Shown here piece after piece: positions 1 through 9,017 of a stretch of 53,207 bases of DNA. The stretch is from a virus (Duplodnaviria; Caudoviricetes): the IMG/VR virus record IMGVR_UViG_3300049174_000048, positions 1 through 53,207 of that record. The stretch is one strand, 5' to 3'. Position numbers and translations under genes: made by a program. The notes below the pieces were generated by a model. It did no database searches. It was not told the DNA's origin and saw nothing but the letters and a program-made list of their open reading frames with translations. Every line of letters begins with the position of its first letter. Position 1 is the stretch's first letter.

Positions 1-36
1 AGTTGTTTCAGTATCATACACAAGTGTTAGGGTCAT
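1..36 (-). CDS. N-terminus of probable DnaQ/DEDD-type exonuclease (runs off window)
   Basis: ATG at 36 overlaps the HNH stop (ATGA); reads MTLTLVYDTETT, an ExoI-like D-T-E-T-T motif; only 12 codons visible. Confidence 0.5.
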   Translation of the reverse strand, partial: MTLTLVYDTETT

Positions 37-479
37 GATTTTATCCTTCCGCTTTTAATTATTCGACCAAGCTTGTCGCGCTCATAGATAACAGCCCGTG
101 GTACTCGTCCTTCAATGTTGGCGCGATGTACAGAAGCGCCAATTTGTTGTCGACTTTCTAAGCGATGCTTAGTTCCACACTTGTGATGCTTGTTGTGTGC
201 ATCCTGTGTCGTTACTTCAAGATTATTGTAATCATCATTTAATTTATTTTCATCTATGTGATGTACTATTTCACCTTTGTGAAGCGGTCGGCCTAATTTT
301 ATTGCCATCATTACTCTGCTGCGTTTCTCATAGCAACTACCAAATAACGGTTTGATATTTGGAAACAACCAGTGCGGCTTGAAGACCAACCAGATTCGAT
401 TGTTCTTCTTGAATGATGAAACTACTCTCACGCCACGTGGAAGTATCAATAATACAGCAAGTGGCCGTGTTCTCTTCAT
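33..479 (-). CDS. free-standing HNH homing endonuclease
   Basis: VHHIDENKLNDDYNNL...HNKHH motif; AT-rich relative to flanks; ATGA overlap with dCTP deaminase stop. Confidence 0.85.
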   Translation of the reverse strand: MKRTRPLAVLLILPRGVRVVSSFKKNNRIWLVFKPHWLFPNIKPLFGSCYEKRSRVMMAIKLGRPLHKGEIVHHIDENKLNDDYNNLEVTTQDAHNKHHKCGTKHRLESRQQIGASVHRANIEGRVPRAVIYERDKLGRIIKSGRIKS

Positions 480-973
480 CCCTTGCTTGCCTCCACGCTG
501 CCGGCGCCCTGGTAGCGTCCGGTGTACGGCTTGGCGCACGGCTCGTCCAGCGTGTGGTAGATAATCTGGCCGATGCGCAAGCCGGTGTAGATGGGACGGT
601 GTCGCCAGCGACTGACGTTTTGTATTTCGAGAGTGCCGACGCCGTCCCAGCCAGGATCGAACCAGAACGCCAGCGAGTGATTGTACTTCTCGCGCGCCCG
701 GCTGGACTTCAGCTTGAGCTCGAGCGCCATGTCGACCGGCACGCGTATGCGCTCGAGCGTTGCAGCAAGTATGAATTCGCCCGGTGCCATCATGTACGGT
801 TCACTGCGCCCTGCCAGCTGGACGGTGCGCATGTCGTCGCTGTCCATCTGCTCAATCATGATGGTGTTGCCGACGCGAATGTCGATGCTGGCAGGGTTGA
901 CCAGCGACACGTCAGTGTGACCGACGAACTCCTCGAGTCGCTCGCACAGTGTGCGGTACGACAGAACGCTCAT
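476..973 (-). CDS. dcd: dCTP deaminase
   Basis: NPASIDIRVG, PGEFILAATLE, KSSRAR, FDPGWDG, TLEI and GRYQG motifs of the trimeric dCTP deaminase/dUTPase family. Confidence 0.9.
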   Translation of the reverse strand: MSVLSYRTLCERLEEFVGHTDVSLVNPASIDIRVGNTIMIEQMDSDDMRTVQLAGRSEPYMMAPGEFILAATLERIRVPVDMALELKLKSSRAREKYNHSLAFWFDPGWDGVGTLEIQNVSRWRHRPIYTGLRIGQIIYHTLDEPCAKPYTGRYQGAGSVEASKG

Positions 974-1998
974 GCCTGCTTCTCCCAAGGACGCAGCACC
1001 GGCTGCGTGTACGGGCCGTCGGCAAGCGCCGCGGCGATGTCCTGTGCAGTCTGCGCGTCCGGCCGGTGCAGCTTGCCTTTGCCCAGCACGTCAGGGAGCA
1101 GACCGACGCGATATGAGCGGTGGTCGCAGCCCTTGCACGGCGCGAACTCGCGCTTGCCCTGGATCAGCATCTCGCGCGCAGCGCCCAGCGCCGGACCCTG
1201 CCAGATCGTCTCGATGCCGTCAGTGACGACGTTGCCGCAGCGGTAGACGCCGCGCCAGTCGTTGCAGCACACCGCGACGTTACCGTCATAGCGGATCGCC
1301 AACTGCCGGAACGGTTGGTGACAGCGCTTGCCCGCCATCTTCTCGTTTGGTGGGAAGCTGACGCCGGCATAATTGTACAGCTTGCCGTGGTTGCCGTGGT
1401 CGGTGCCCTTGGCGATGTCGGCGATGACCACCAGCATGCGCGTGCCGCGCGGACGGCGGATGTGCGGGTTGCCTTGCACGTTGGCAGGGTAGCGGAAGAA
1501 CGTGAAACCCAACGGGTGCGGCTGCCCGTCGACCAGCGGGCCGTGCGCCGACAACTGCTCGAGGATTTTGCCGACATACTTTGCATCGGAATAGTCGTCC
1601 AGCGCCAGCACGTTCAGACCTGCCTCGAACAGCCCGATGATCAGCTTGACAGGACCCGGCTTCCGCAGCAGTCCGCCGCCGTTGCTGATCACCAGTTTGT
1701 GGCACATCGGCCGGTGCTTGTGCGCAATGCCGATCATGCCGACGATGTCCGGGTGCATGCTGGGTTCGCCACGCATGGCGAACTCGATGCGAGACGTCCA
1801 GCCTAGCTGCGCCATTTGCGACATGGCGCTTTCCAGCGTCGCTGGTTCCATGAACTTGTAGTTCTTGACTTCCTTGGTGCGTATGCCCTGCAATCCGCAG
1901 AAGTTGCAGTACAGGTTGCACCCTTCCGTCAGTTCGGGCGTCACGCAGAACGGCGGCTCCTGTCGGCGGTACTTGCGACGCGTCACCTTGCTACCCAT
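970..1998 (-). CDS. radical SAM enzyme with SPASM/twitch-type C-terminal domain
   Basis: CNLYCNFC (CxxxCxxC), RGEP, SNGG, C-terminal CHQPF...CCNDW...CKGCD; GGGAG SD before ATG 1998. Confidence 0.9.
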   Translation of the reverse strand: MGSKVTRRKYRRQEPPFCVTPELTEGCNLYCNFCGLQGIRTKEVKNYKFMEPATLESAMSQMAQLGWTSRIEFAMRGEPSMHPDIVGMIGIAHKHRPMCHKLVISNGGGLLRKPGPVKLIIGLFEAGLNVLALDDYSDAKYVGKILEQLSAHGPLVDGQPHPLGFTFFRYPANVQGNPHIRRPRGTRMLVVIADIAKGTDHGNHGKLYNYAGVSFPPNEKMAGKRCHQPFRQLAIRYDGNVAVCCNDWRGVYRCGNVVTDGIETIWQGPALGAAREMLIQGKREFAPCKGCDHRSYRVGLLPDVLGKGKLHRPDAQTAQDIAAALADGPYTQPVLRPWEKQA

Positions 1999-2058
1999 GT
2001 CGTCCAACTCCCAAAGTCAACTGCAACCGTTAGCAGAAAATAGTGTGAGCGTAAAGGA

Positions 2059-5000
2059 TCATTTGCACTCGCCCCAGTTGGCGCCGTAGTCGGCATCGAC
2101 CAACACCGGCACCTTCAGCTTGATCGCGTCTGTCATCAAGCGAGTTGCTTCCTGTGCTGCCTGTTCGCCTTCATGCGTTTGCGGCACGCTGTCGTCGAGC
2201 TCGTCATGGATGGTCAGGAGGGGCGCGCCGATGACGTCGCAGATACCGCTCTCCCAAATAATGACCATGGCTTTCTTCATCATGTCCGCCGCGCTGCCTT
2301 GCAGCACGCGGTTGAGCGCCGCGTGCGTGTAGGCACGGCGCAGCCGGTTGGGGTTGCGCAGCAGCTGGCCGTCAGCACCGATGCCGCCGTATTGCTCGAG
2401 TGCTTGCTCGTACGGCAGCCCCGGCGGACGGTGCTCGCCTCCCCAGCGCTTGGGCTCCCACAAAGGGAAGCGCTGCCGGCGCTGCAATATCGTCAGCACG
2501 TAGCCGCGGCGCTGTGCGACGTCTGACGCCGTCTGAAACGTCTTGGCGACAAACGGAAGATCCTCGTCGTACTTGTCGGTGAACAGCTTGGCTTCTTCAA
2601 CCGACTTGCCCATCGTTGCTGCCAGCTTGGGTGGGCCTGCGCCGTATACCTTGCCGAAATTGATGTTCTTGACCAGCTTGCGCACGAACGGATCATTCTC
2701 GTCCATGTTGGCAAGACGCGCGCACAGCTTGTGATAGTCGGTTTTCGGATCTGTGTTGTACTGCTCGCGGCACTCGGCTGCGCCTTTGCCAAGTGCAAAA
2801 TGAGCAAGAAATCTGTATTCTATTTGACTGTTAGATGATATTAAACCATTTTCGAGTACAAAAGTGCGAGCTCTATCAACTGTTATATGATAGACTGGTT
2901 TCTTGCCGATTGGTATTGTTGAAACAACACGATGATTATTGCCCGGCGCACGACCTAGATGCCAACCACGCGGCACACGCTTCAATGTTACTCGTCTGCT
3001 GCGTATACCATTGTGGATCCAATACGTATCGCTGAGATGGCCTTTATTATTGAAGTTGGGATTGCCAACACCTTTATACGAGCGTCGATTTGCGTGTCCA
3101 CCGACCAGCTGTTTAGTCTTTTCTGCGCGTTGCTCAGTAGTGGCTTTGCTCCACCAACGCGCTGCTCCTTGGCCACGGTTCTTACTTACCGGCAGATACT
3201 GCAAATTTCTACGTCGCCAATCTGAAGCATCTCCATTTATGTGATCTACTTCGTGACCATCGGGACACGGTCCATATTCATATTCAGCAACTAAACGATG
3301 AGCATATCGTCGGTTACCTCTAAGCCACCACATTGGATATTTACCTTGTCCTCCGCCAACGTGCGCCAGTCTTGTACCGACTGTCATATTCTTGGTCTTT
3401 ATCTTTGCCCCGTTCAATAGCATCCATTCATGATCACCAGTGCATTTGACTGAAGCACCATTATCCAGTTGCACCAAAAACACTGGCGCCACACCAATGT
3501 ATTTGGCACGTGTCACTTTATTAAATTCCAGCTTGCGTCCGTCTGGTGACGACAGCACCGGCACCGGCTTCAGCACCAGATCTCGCATAGTCTTTATACC
3601 ATCGATGGTGATGATGCGCGTGTCGCCTGTCAAGCAGTAGTCCTTGCGGTGCCAGCGCTCGCCCGGCTCAGGCTCGAACATGCCACGCACCAGCGGCGCC
3701 AGTTCTTCGTCGCGCGCAGGTACATTTTGGAGATTTGGGTTCGAGCTACTGTTATGATGAACTAAACCGCCGGCGCAATAGCTATGGTCTCCTTCTACTT
3801 CGATGTCCCAGACATCAGCTGTTCCCATAAAGGTAATCGTTTTAATCTTCGACGATGTAGTTGTCTGTGGCCGCGCTTGGTGACAATAGCCAAGTTGTCT
3901 AGATCGTTGTTGGAATGATCTCCGTCTATATGATGAACTTCGAACTCTTTTGGTATATTCTTTAACCCTAGTGCTTCGCAAACCACTATGTGCGAGTACT
4001 GTACATAATGACGACCAATCTTCAGAATAGCGTCGCCACTTGAATAACGAAGAATACCCTTGTGGTTGTGATGCAACGCTCCGTTCTTGCCCTTCATAGG
4101 ATTTTTGTCGCCAGTTTTGCTTCGCGAATATCGCAATTTCTTTTCCGCCAGTAGACGAGATTTGTCCACGTCTCTGTGCAGAATAAATATGACTGTTCCA
4201 TATGATACGCTGAGCTCTCTGGCTAATTCGCTTATAGTTGGTCGCGGGTTGCTCAAATAACCACGGACTATCCTGCGGCAAATTTTTGCATTCTTGATGA
4301 TTTGCTTGTTCACCGACATATGAAGTAACCTCATCTCCCACCGTTAAATCTTTTAATGAATACCATCCATTGGGCGTCAGCAGTCTATGCGATTTAGTGC
4401 AAATAACTCTTGATCCGTTCTCTGTCACAACTTCAAACATGAAGTCACGACCCTTATAGTATTTCTTCAATATAAGCCGTTGCTTACCAGTATGAGTTCT
4501 AATTGTATCTCTACCGGAAGGAATGTAATCTTCAATCTTAAAGTCGCCGGATGATGTCTCTAATATAGTATCACCAGCTACGCAAAACCGGGCTATGGTG
4601 CCCTTGGTGTCGTCGCCTGCTTCGTTGTCGGTCTTCAACTGGTTGAATTCGCAGTGTATGCGCCCGTTGACATGGTGACCCAGGATGTGCCCGTCCAGGA
4701 ACACGTTGATGATGGTGTTGACTTTGCGTCCTTCCTGGATGGCGCGCGCCAGTTCGTCGCGCTCGGCCCACACCTTGATCAAGTCCTTGCGTATCGAGTA
4801 GTTGCCCAGCTTGGCAGTCCGCGGCACAGTGAAGCCACGGCTTTCCAGCGCTACTCCCAATCGCGCGGCGTCCATAAGGTCGGCGCCTGCGCCAGCATGA
4901 CTGCGTATGACTTTGAGCCACTTTTCGCGCTCCTCGACGAGCCGTTCGCGTAGGCGAACGGCCCGGTCGAGGTTCACCCTGACCCCGCGCCGCCGCATGG

Positions 5001-5721
5001 CAAGCAGTATGGGGATGAGCCGACTTTCCATGTCGAACAGGTCGGTCAAATTCTCGTCGGCAAGTTTGCGCTCTTGCAGTTCAAGGATACGCAACGGCCG
5101 GTCGACGTCAGCTTCGGCGTATGGACCAACGAACTGCGCCGGCAGGCGCCACAGGTTGCGCTTGACGTCCTTGGACTTGAACCAGCCGAAGCGACTGGCA
5201 GCGTCACGCAACAGGTCTTCATCCTTGCCGGTGCCGAGGTAGTCTTGGCTGAGTGTCTCCAGTCCAAACGACAGACGGTTTTCATCGATCAACGGTTCAG
5301 CGTTCTGCACGTCAAGGAACCGTCGTACGCGCGGGAACGTTACGCCTTCATTCGCCAACCAATCCAGGTCATACAGCAGGTGCGAACCGACGACGTCGCC
5401 CGTGTACGCGTTCAACACGTCACGCGCCCAGTTGAATACCAGTCGTTGATCAAGGTTGAGCGGGTCGCGTTCGTGCGCGAATGGCAGGTACCAGCGGCGC
5501 CCGTCGTTAGTGCCCAACGCCAGCCCTACCATGTAGTTGCCGGGTCGGCGCACGCCTGGACCTAGCTCGGGCAGGTCCATGTCCTTGCATTCGACGTCAA
5601 CAGCCAGCCGCTTGACGCCGTTGAACGCACCAGGGTCAGGGAGTGCGGGCGGGCGCCAGTCGGTTGCCGGCATCAGTAGCGGCAGCTGACGTCCGCCTGC
5701 GTAGTTAGTTCGGCTTGCCAC
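2059..5721 (-). CDS. polA: family A DNA polymerase with 3'-5' exonuclease domain, interrupted by two inteins (spliced length 673 aa)
   Basis: AVDVE exo motif; RF|SSSNPNLQN; motif A DY|SQIEYR; motif B KNINFGKVYG; QGSAAD; motif C TIHDEL. Confidence 0.95.
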   Translation of the reverse strand: MASRTNYAGGRQLPLLMPATDWRPPALPDPGAFNGVKRLAVDVECKDMDLPELGPGVRRPGNYMVGLALGTNDGRRWYLPFAHERDPLNLDQRLVFNWARDVLNAYTGDVVGSHLLYDLDWLANEGVTFPRVRRFLDVQNAEPLIDENRLSFGLETLSQDYLGTGKDEDLLRDAASRFGWFKSKDVKRNLWRLPAQFVGPYAEADVDRPLRILELQERKLADENLTDLFDMESRLIPILLAMRRRGVRVNLDRAVRLRERLVEEREKWLKVIRSHAGAGADLMDAARLGVALESRGFTVPRTAKLGNYSIRKDLIKVWAERDELARAIQEGRKVNTIINVFLDGHILGHHVNGRIHCEFNQLKTDNEAGDDTKGTIARFCVAGDTILETSSGDFKIEDYIPSGRDTIRTHTGKQRLILKKYYKGRDFMFEVVTENGSRVICTKSHRLLTPNGWYSLKDLTVGDEVTSYVGEQANHQECKNLPQDSPWLFEQPATNYKRISQRAQRIIWNSHIYSAQRRGQISSTGGKEIAIFAKQNWRQKSYEGQERSVASQPQGYSSLFKWRRYSEDWSSLCTVLAHSGLRSTRVKEYTKRVRSSSYRRRSFQQRSRQLGYCHQARPQTTTSSKIKTITFMGTADVWDIEVEGDHSYCAGGLVHHNSSSNPNLQNVPARDEELAPLVRGMFEPEPGERWHRKDYCLTGDTRIITIDGIKTMRDLVLKPVPVLSSPDGRKLEFNKVTRAKYIGVAPVFLVQLDNGASVKCTGDHEWMLLNGAKIKTKNMTVGTRLAHVGGGQGKYPMWWLRGNRRYAHRLVAEYEYGPCPDGHEVDHINGDASDWRRRNLQYLPVSKNRGQGAARWWSKATTEQRAEKTKQLVGGHANRRSYKGVGNPNFNNKGHLSDTYWIHNGIRSRRVTLKRVPRGWHLGRAPGNNHRVVSTIPIGKKPVYHITVDRARTFVLENGLISSNSQIEYRFLAHFALGKGAAECREQYNTDPKTDYHKLCARLANMDENDPFVRKLVKNINFGKVYGAGPPKLAATMGKSVEEAKLFTDKYDEDLPFVAKTFQTASDVAQRRGYVLTILQRRQRFPLWEPKRWGGEHRPPGLPYEQALEQYGGIGADGQLLRNPNRLRRAYTHAALNRVLQGSAADMMKKAMVIIWESGICDVIGAPLLTIHDELDDSVPQTHEGEQAAQEATRLMTDAIKLKVPVLVDADYGANWGECK
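2830..3636 (-). mobile_element. intein 2 in PolA motif A with in-frame HNH endonuclease (269 aa)
   Basis: starts CLTGDT, block B CTGDHEW, HNH AHRLVAE...VDHINGDASDWRRRNL, ends GLISSN followed by extein Ser (SQIEYR). Confidence 0.92.
3751..4584 (-). mobile_element. intein 1 in PolA (278 aa); its endonuclease is not in the intein frame
   Basis: starts CVAGDT, block B CTKSHRLL, block F VWDIEVEGDHSY, ends VHHN followed by extein Ser. Confidence 0.92.
3795..4319 (-). CDS. HNH endonuclease with N-terminal HTH, overprinted in the +1 frame inside intein 1
   Basis: TISELARELSVSYGTV (HTH), KTGDKNPMKGK (NUMOD-like), EVHHIDGDHSNNDLDNL...GHRQLH (HNH); GAGGT SD 8 nt before ATG 4319. Confidence 0.85.
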   Translation of the reverse strand: MSVNKQIIKNAKICRRIVRGYLSNPRPTISELARELSVSYGTVIFILHRDVDKSRLLAEKKLRYSRSKTGDKNPMKGKNGALHHNHKGILRYSSGDAILKIGRHYVQYSHIVVCEALGLKNIPKEFEVHHIDGDHSNNDLDNLAIVTKRGHRQLHRRRLKRLPLWEQLMSGTSK

Positions 5722-6223
5722 TGGTGCCTAGCGCTGTCAGCATTGCACTGAAGCTGTCGTGTTGCGGCGCCTGGACGTTGTCCAGCTTGCGCAAATGACG
5801 CAGCTGCCGGTGCACGTCATCGACTGCCGCAGGGCAGTGCGTCGTGCACCAATAGTCTTGCATCCGCATTATCCAATAGATAATCGACTGAACGTGCGCT
5901 TCTTGCGAGAACGGTTTCCACTCGCTTGTGCGTTCGTCCCATAAGACCATGACCCATGGTCGCTGTATGGCCCACTTATAGAAATGGATGCCAACGGGCA
6001 TGACATCACGCTGCGTGGATACCAACATGACCAGATGCGTGGCGCCATACGTCAGGCGCCAGTCGCTGTTGATGATGTATCGTAGGTCGCGTGTGCCTGG
6101 CAGCAGCCACGCCTTGGCAGCAGCGAACACATCGTCCCAGTGCACAAGCGGGAACTTGTCGACGCTGATTGTGAAGCCTTCGATGTTGTGCGCGACGCTA
6201 CGCAGCAGGAACGCGTCGGTCAT
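5705..6223 (-). CDS. hypothetical protein
   Basis: GGAG SD, ATGA overlap with upstream gene, overlaps polA start. Confidence 0.6.
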   Translation of the reverse strand: MTDAFLLRSVAHNIEGFTISVDKFPLVHWDDVFAAAKAWLLPGTRDLRYIINSDWRLTYGATHLVMLVSTQRDVMPVGIHFYKWAIQRPWVMVLWDERTSEWKPFSQEAHVQSIIYWIMRMQDYWCTTHCPAAVDDVHRQLRHLRKLDNVQAPQHDSFSAMLTALGTSGKPN

Positions 6224-6396
6224 TGTCGTGTCTCCAGCTTGATGCAGACGTAGCCGACATGAATGTTGGGGTTGGTGATTGATTGCCCAGCATAGCTGCG
6301 TCCGGCAGCCTCGCACAGACGCTGGTTGGGCATGATGTCGTGGTTCACACGCGACTGGTCGCCCCACACAAGATACATGATGAGAAGGTACTTCAC
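6220..6396 (-). CDS. small hypothetical protein (58 aa, MKYLLIMYLVWG...)
   Basis: not in ORF track; AGGAG SD, GTG start, tight overlaps on both sides. Confidence 0.55.
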   Translation of the reverse strand: MKYLLIMYLVWGDQSRVNHDIMPNQRLCEAAGRSYAGQSITNPNIHVGYVCIKLETRQ

Positions 6397-6578
6397 TTCA
6401 CTCTCCTATAGTCACCAGTTTCGCGCAGCATGCGCAGCAGGTCGCGCGCGTTGTCGTCGCTTGCAATTTCGTCCAGCAGCGGCAACGGTGCGCCGGGTGG
6501 CGACGCAGCGAGTGCGTACAGCACTGCGCTGACGTCGCGCACTTCCAGCAGCAGTCCGTTGCTGCGGACCAGCTTCAT
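6393..6578 (-). CDS. small hypothetical protein
   Basis: ATGA overlap at start, GTGA overlap at end. Confidence 0.5.
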   Translation of the reverse strand: MKLVRSNGLLLEVRDVSAVLYALAASPPGAPLPLLDEIASDDNARDLLRMLRETGDYRRVK

Positions 6579-7270
6579 TCGCCTGGACGTCGCTCCTGTT
6601 CGGCATCGAAGCCGCGTGGCGCCTGCCCGTCGGCTTGCTGCCACGGCGTGATGTGTGCTTCGTTCACCTTGTACTTGCCGTCGCCAGGGTCGTGCAGGTA
6701 GTGCGATTGCAAGTCGAGCGGTAGGTCGACATACTCCTTCGCGTTGATCTCGCGCCGCAGCTGCACGCGGCGCACGCCAGTGCCGACGTAGGTGAAACCA
6801 GCCGGCGGCGGGTAGGCGGGCGACCAGACGGCGGGCGCCTGCTTGGCAGCTGCCTGGGGCGCCTGGGGCGCCTGGGACGTCGCCTGGGGCGCCTGGGGCG
6901 TTGCTGGCGCCGGGTCCAGCGTGCGGGCGCGCGGCAGTGCACCGGGCAGCGGCACGACGCCGCGCGCGATCATCTCGGCTTCGACCAGCATGCAGTACCG
7001 GCGCAGGTCGCGCAGCGAGTCCAGCACGCTCTCGGCGCTGACGTCGCGGTCGATGTGCGCAAAGATGTCGTATTTGATGCCTTGCATGCCGCCGCGTTCG
7101 GGCCGGCTGACCTGCTCATCGAGCCGATCCCACTTGCGCACAAGGTTCATGAACGCGCCGATGCCGCCGCGCTTCTTCCAGCTGCCGCCGTAGTCGGCAT
7201 CCTTGCGCTTGATTTCGGCAACGTCGAACGCAGCGACTGCGTCCAGGTGGTCGATATACTTACGCTCCAT
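6575..7270 (-). CDS. DUF1599/Nmad1-like (MazG-like all-alpha) nucleotide-modification-associated protein with PQA-repeat linker
   Basis: KRKDADYGGSWKKRG...RKWDRL...ESVLDSLRDLRRYC pattern; lies in the modification cluster. Confidence 0.7.
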   Translation of the reverse strand: MERKYIDHLDAVAAFDVAEIKRKDADYGGSWKKRGGIGAFMNLVRKWDRLDEQVSRPERGGMQGIKYDIFAHIDRDVSAESVLDSLRDLRRYCMLVEAEMIARGVVPLPGALPRARTLDPAPATPQAPQATSQAPQAPQAAAKQAPAVWSPAYPPPAGFTYVGTGVRRVQLRREINAKEYVDLPLDLQSHYLHDPGDGKYKVNEAHITPWQQADGQAPRGFDAEQERRPGE

Positions 7271-7929
7271 CACGGTTCTCCCCGGTGAATGCGTGCCAGT
7301 GCGCAGTACCAGTTGATTGCCTGTTCTGGTGCGCGCCCGTCGTTCAGTGATTTCAGCAATGGCGTCTCAAGCCGGCGGAAGATGACGGTCGCAAACTGGT
7401 TGCCTGCCAGCCGCAACTCAGTGCAGTACCAGCAGGCTTCCAGGTAGTCGACCAGCTTCAGCCGGTATTGCTGCTCGTCGGTCAGCGTCAGCTGCGTGCC
7501 CAGCGCGACACGTGCATCGTGTTCGACGTCGTTGCTGGCAGCCTTCATTGCCGGGCTGATCCACTTGCTGGGCGCCGGCAGGTCGCCGCGCACTTCGCCC
7601 GTGTCGTGCAGCAGCGCTGCCAGCGTCAGCGTCGTGTCGTCGGACCACAGTGCGCGCGCCAGCATGGCGACGTTCCAGCTGTGCTGCGCATTCGTCTGCG
7701 GTGGTATGAGCGGCTCGGTGTGGTAGCGTGCGACGCCACCGGCTTGCCGTATCGCCTGCATGTTGGCGAGCACGGTATGGTCGCACCAGTCGGGCAGCGC
7801 GTAGAGCGTACGGTCCAAACCGGCGCACCGCTCAGTCAACACTGCACCGGTCGGCAGTGTCTTGCCGCAGCGCTGGCAGCGCTTCGGGTTGTCTGGCGTG
7901 TACGGCCCCAGTGTCGGCTTATGTATCAC
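7270..7929 (-). CDS. HD-domain phosphohydrolase (YfbR/5'-deoxynucleotidase-like) with small N-terminal CxxC element
   Basis: RYHT...NAQHSWNV...LLHDTGE...GDLPAP...KLVDYLE. Confidence 0.85.
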   Translation of the reverse strand: MIHKPTLGPYTPDNPKRCQRCGKTLPTGAVLTERCAGLDRTLYALPDWCDHTVLANMQAIRQAGGVARYHTEPLIPPQTNAQHSWNVAMLARALWSDDTTLTLAALLHDTGEVRGDLPAPSKWISPAMKAASNDVEHDARVALGTQLTLTDEQQYRLKLVDYLEACWYCTELRLAGNQFATVIFRRLETPLLKSLNDGRAPEQAINWYCALARIHRGEP

Positions 7930-9017
7930 GGCTTGTCGCTCCGCTCCGGCTGCTTCATGCGACGTTGCAGCCACTCGACGCACGCCATGCGCCAGTCCTG
8001 CGCGCGACAGTGCACCTGCAAATGCTGGACAGCGTCGGTGATGCGCTTGCCACGGTCGACGTCGTCACGCTTCCACAGCATCCACGCGTTGTGAACAGGC
8101 TCCGCCACTTCGTAGAAAAACGGATTGGCGTACATGGTCCGGAACCCGCCGGGCAGGTTGTGCATGAACGTGTGCAGGTCGTTGAACCACGTGCGCGGGT
8201 CCACGACCATCGAGTATGGTTGAACCGGCGCCCCTGGCTGAGACTGCCAACGACCAGACTTGTATGGAATATACGGGTTGATCGTTTTGTCGTAGTTCAA
8301 ACGTTCGTGCAGCGGCTTGAACGTGGCGTCATAGCCGTGGAAGTTATTGGTGAACTGCGTGTACACGCCGACCTGCAAGCCGGCGCACGCCGCGACGACT
8401 TCGTGCAGCATGGACATATGCACGGCGTTGGCGCCGAACAGACCCCACACGATGTCATTGCTGCGGTTGCAGACGGTCATGTCGAGTAGACGCTTGCGCT
8501 CTTCACCTGTCGTGTCGGCACGCGTCCGGAACATGACGCACACGTTGCACGGCAGGTCGACGCCGTCGCGGCACAGGTCGGCGACCGGATCCCACATCTG
8601 CAACACGACACGACGCGACAGCGGGTTCTTCTTCAGCTCGTCGATCACCGCGGTCAACTGGTCGTACGACTCGTCAGCGTCGGTACAGAAGTGGTTGCGC
8701 CAGCGCCAGCCGTACGCACCGTGCAGCGTCTGCTTGTCGTCGCTGAACTGGTCGATGCGGCTGTTGTACCGTTTCAGCGTAGCGACGTCACGCTGCCCGT
8801 TCAGCATCCACAGTCCTTCCATGAAATGGAAGAACGGGTTGGCGTCGCGCACCGGCTCGAACAGCACGCGCTCGCGCGGCTCAGCGAAGCGCACCATGAC
8901 TGGCGACAGCATGACCAGCACGTCGCCGTACCTGCTGGCTTCTTCAACACCGAGTTCGGCCAGCAGGTCCATGCCCCGGTAAAAGCCGTCGTTGACGTTG
9001 CGGCATTCGATCAGCAT
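7926..9017 (-). CDS. thymidylate synthase homolog, probable dUMP hydroxymethylase
   Basis: ANPFFH..E.LW, GAYGWRWR, SRRVVLQMWD, catalytic DLPCN, RSNDIVWGLFGAN (Asn = uracil-specific position), NNFHGY; resembles 5hmdU-phage enzymes. Confidence 0.85.
   Translation of the reverse strand: MLIECRNVNDGFYRGMDLLAELGVEEASRYGDVLVMLSPVMVRFAEPRERVLFEPVRDANPFFHFMEGLWMLNGQRDVATLKRYNSRIDQFSDDKQTLHGAYGWRWRNHFCTDADESYDQLTAVIDELKKNPLSRRVVLQMWDPVADLCRDGVDLPCNVCVMFRTRADTTGEERKRLLDMTVCNRSNDIVWGLFGANAVHMSMLHEVVAACAGLQVGVYTQFTNNFHGYDATFKPLHERLNYDKTINPYIPYKSGRWQSQPGAPVQPYSMVVDPRTWFNDLHTFMHNLPGGFRTMYANPFFYEVAEPVHNAWMLWKRDDVDRGKRITDAVQHLQVHCRAQDWRMACVEWLQRRMKQPERSDKP

Noticed and set aside
3795-4334. Group I intron as the explanation for the out-of-frame HNH
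   Set aside because: The polA frame is uninterrupted, flanks are intein splicing blocks and no room remains for an intron core
6845-6900. GCCTGGGGC short tandem repeats
   Set aside because: They encode a PQA low-complexity linker
7926-9017. Canonical ThyA or dCMP hydroxymethylase
   Set aside because: Asn at the specificity position argues against dCMP; divergent motifs and gene context favour dUMP hydroxymethylase, though this is unproven
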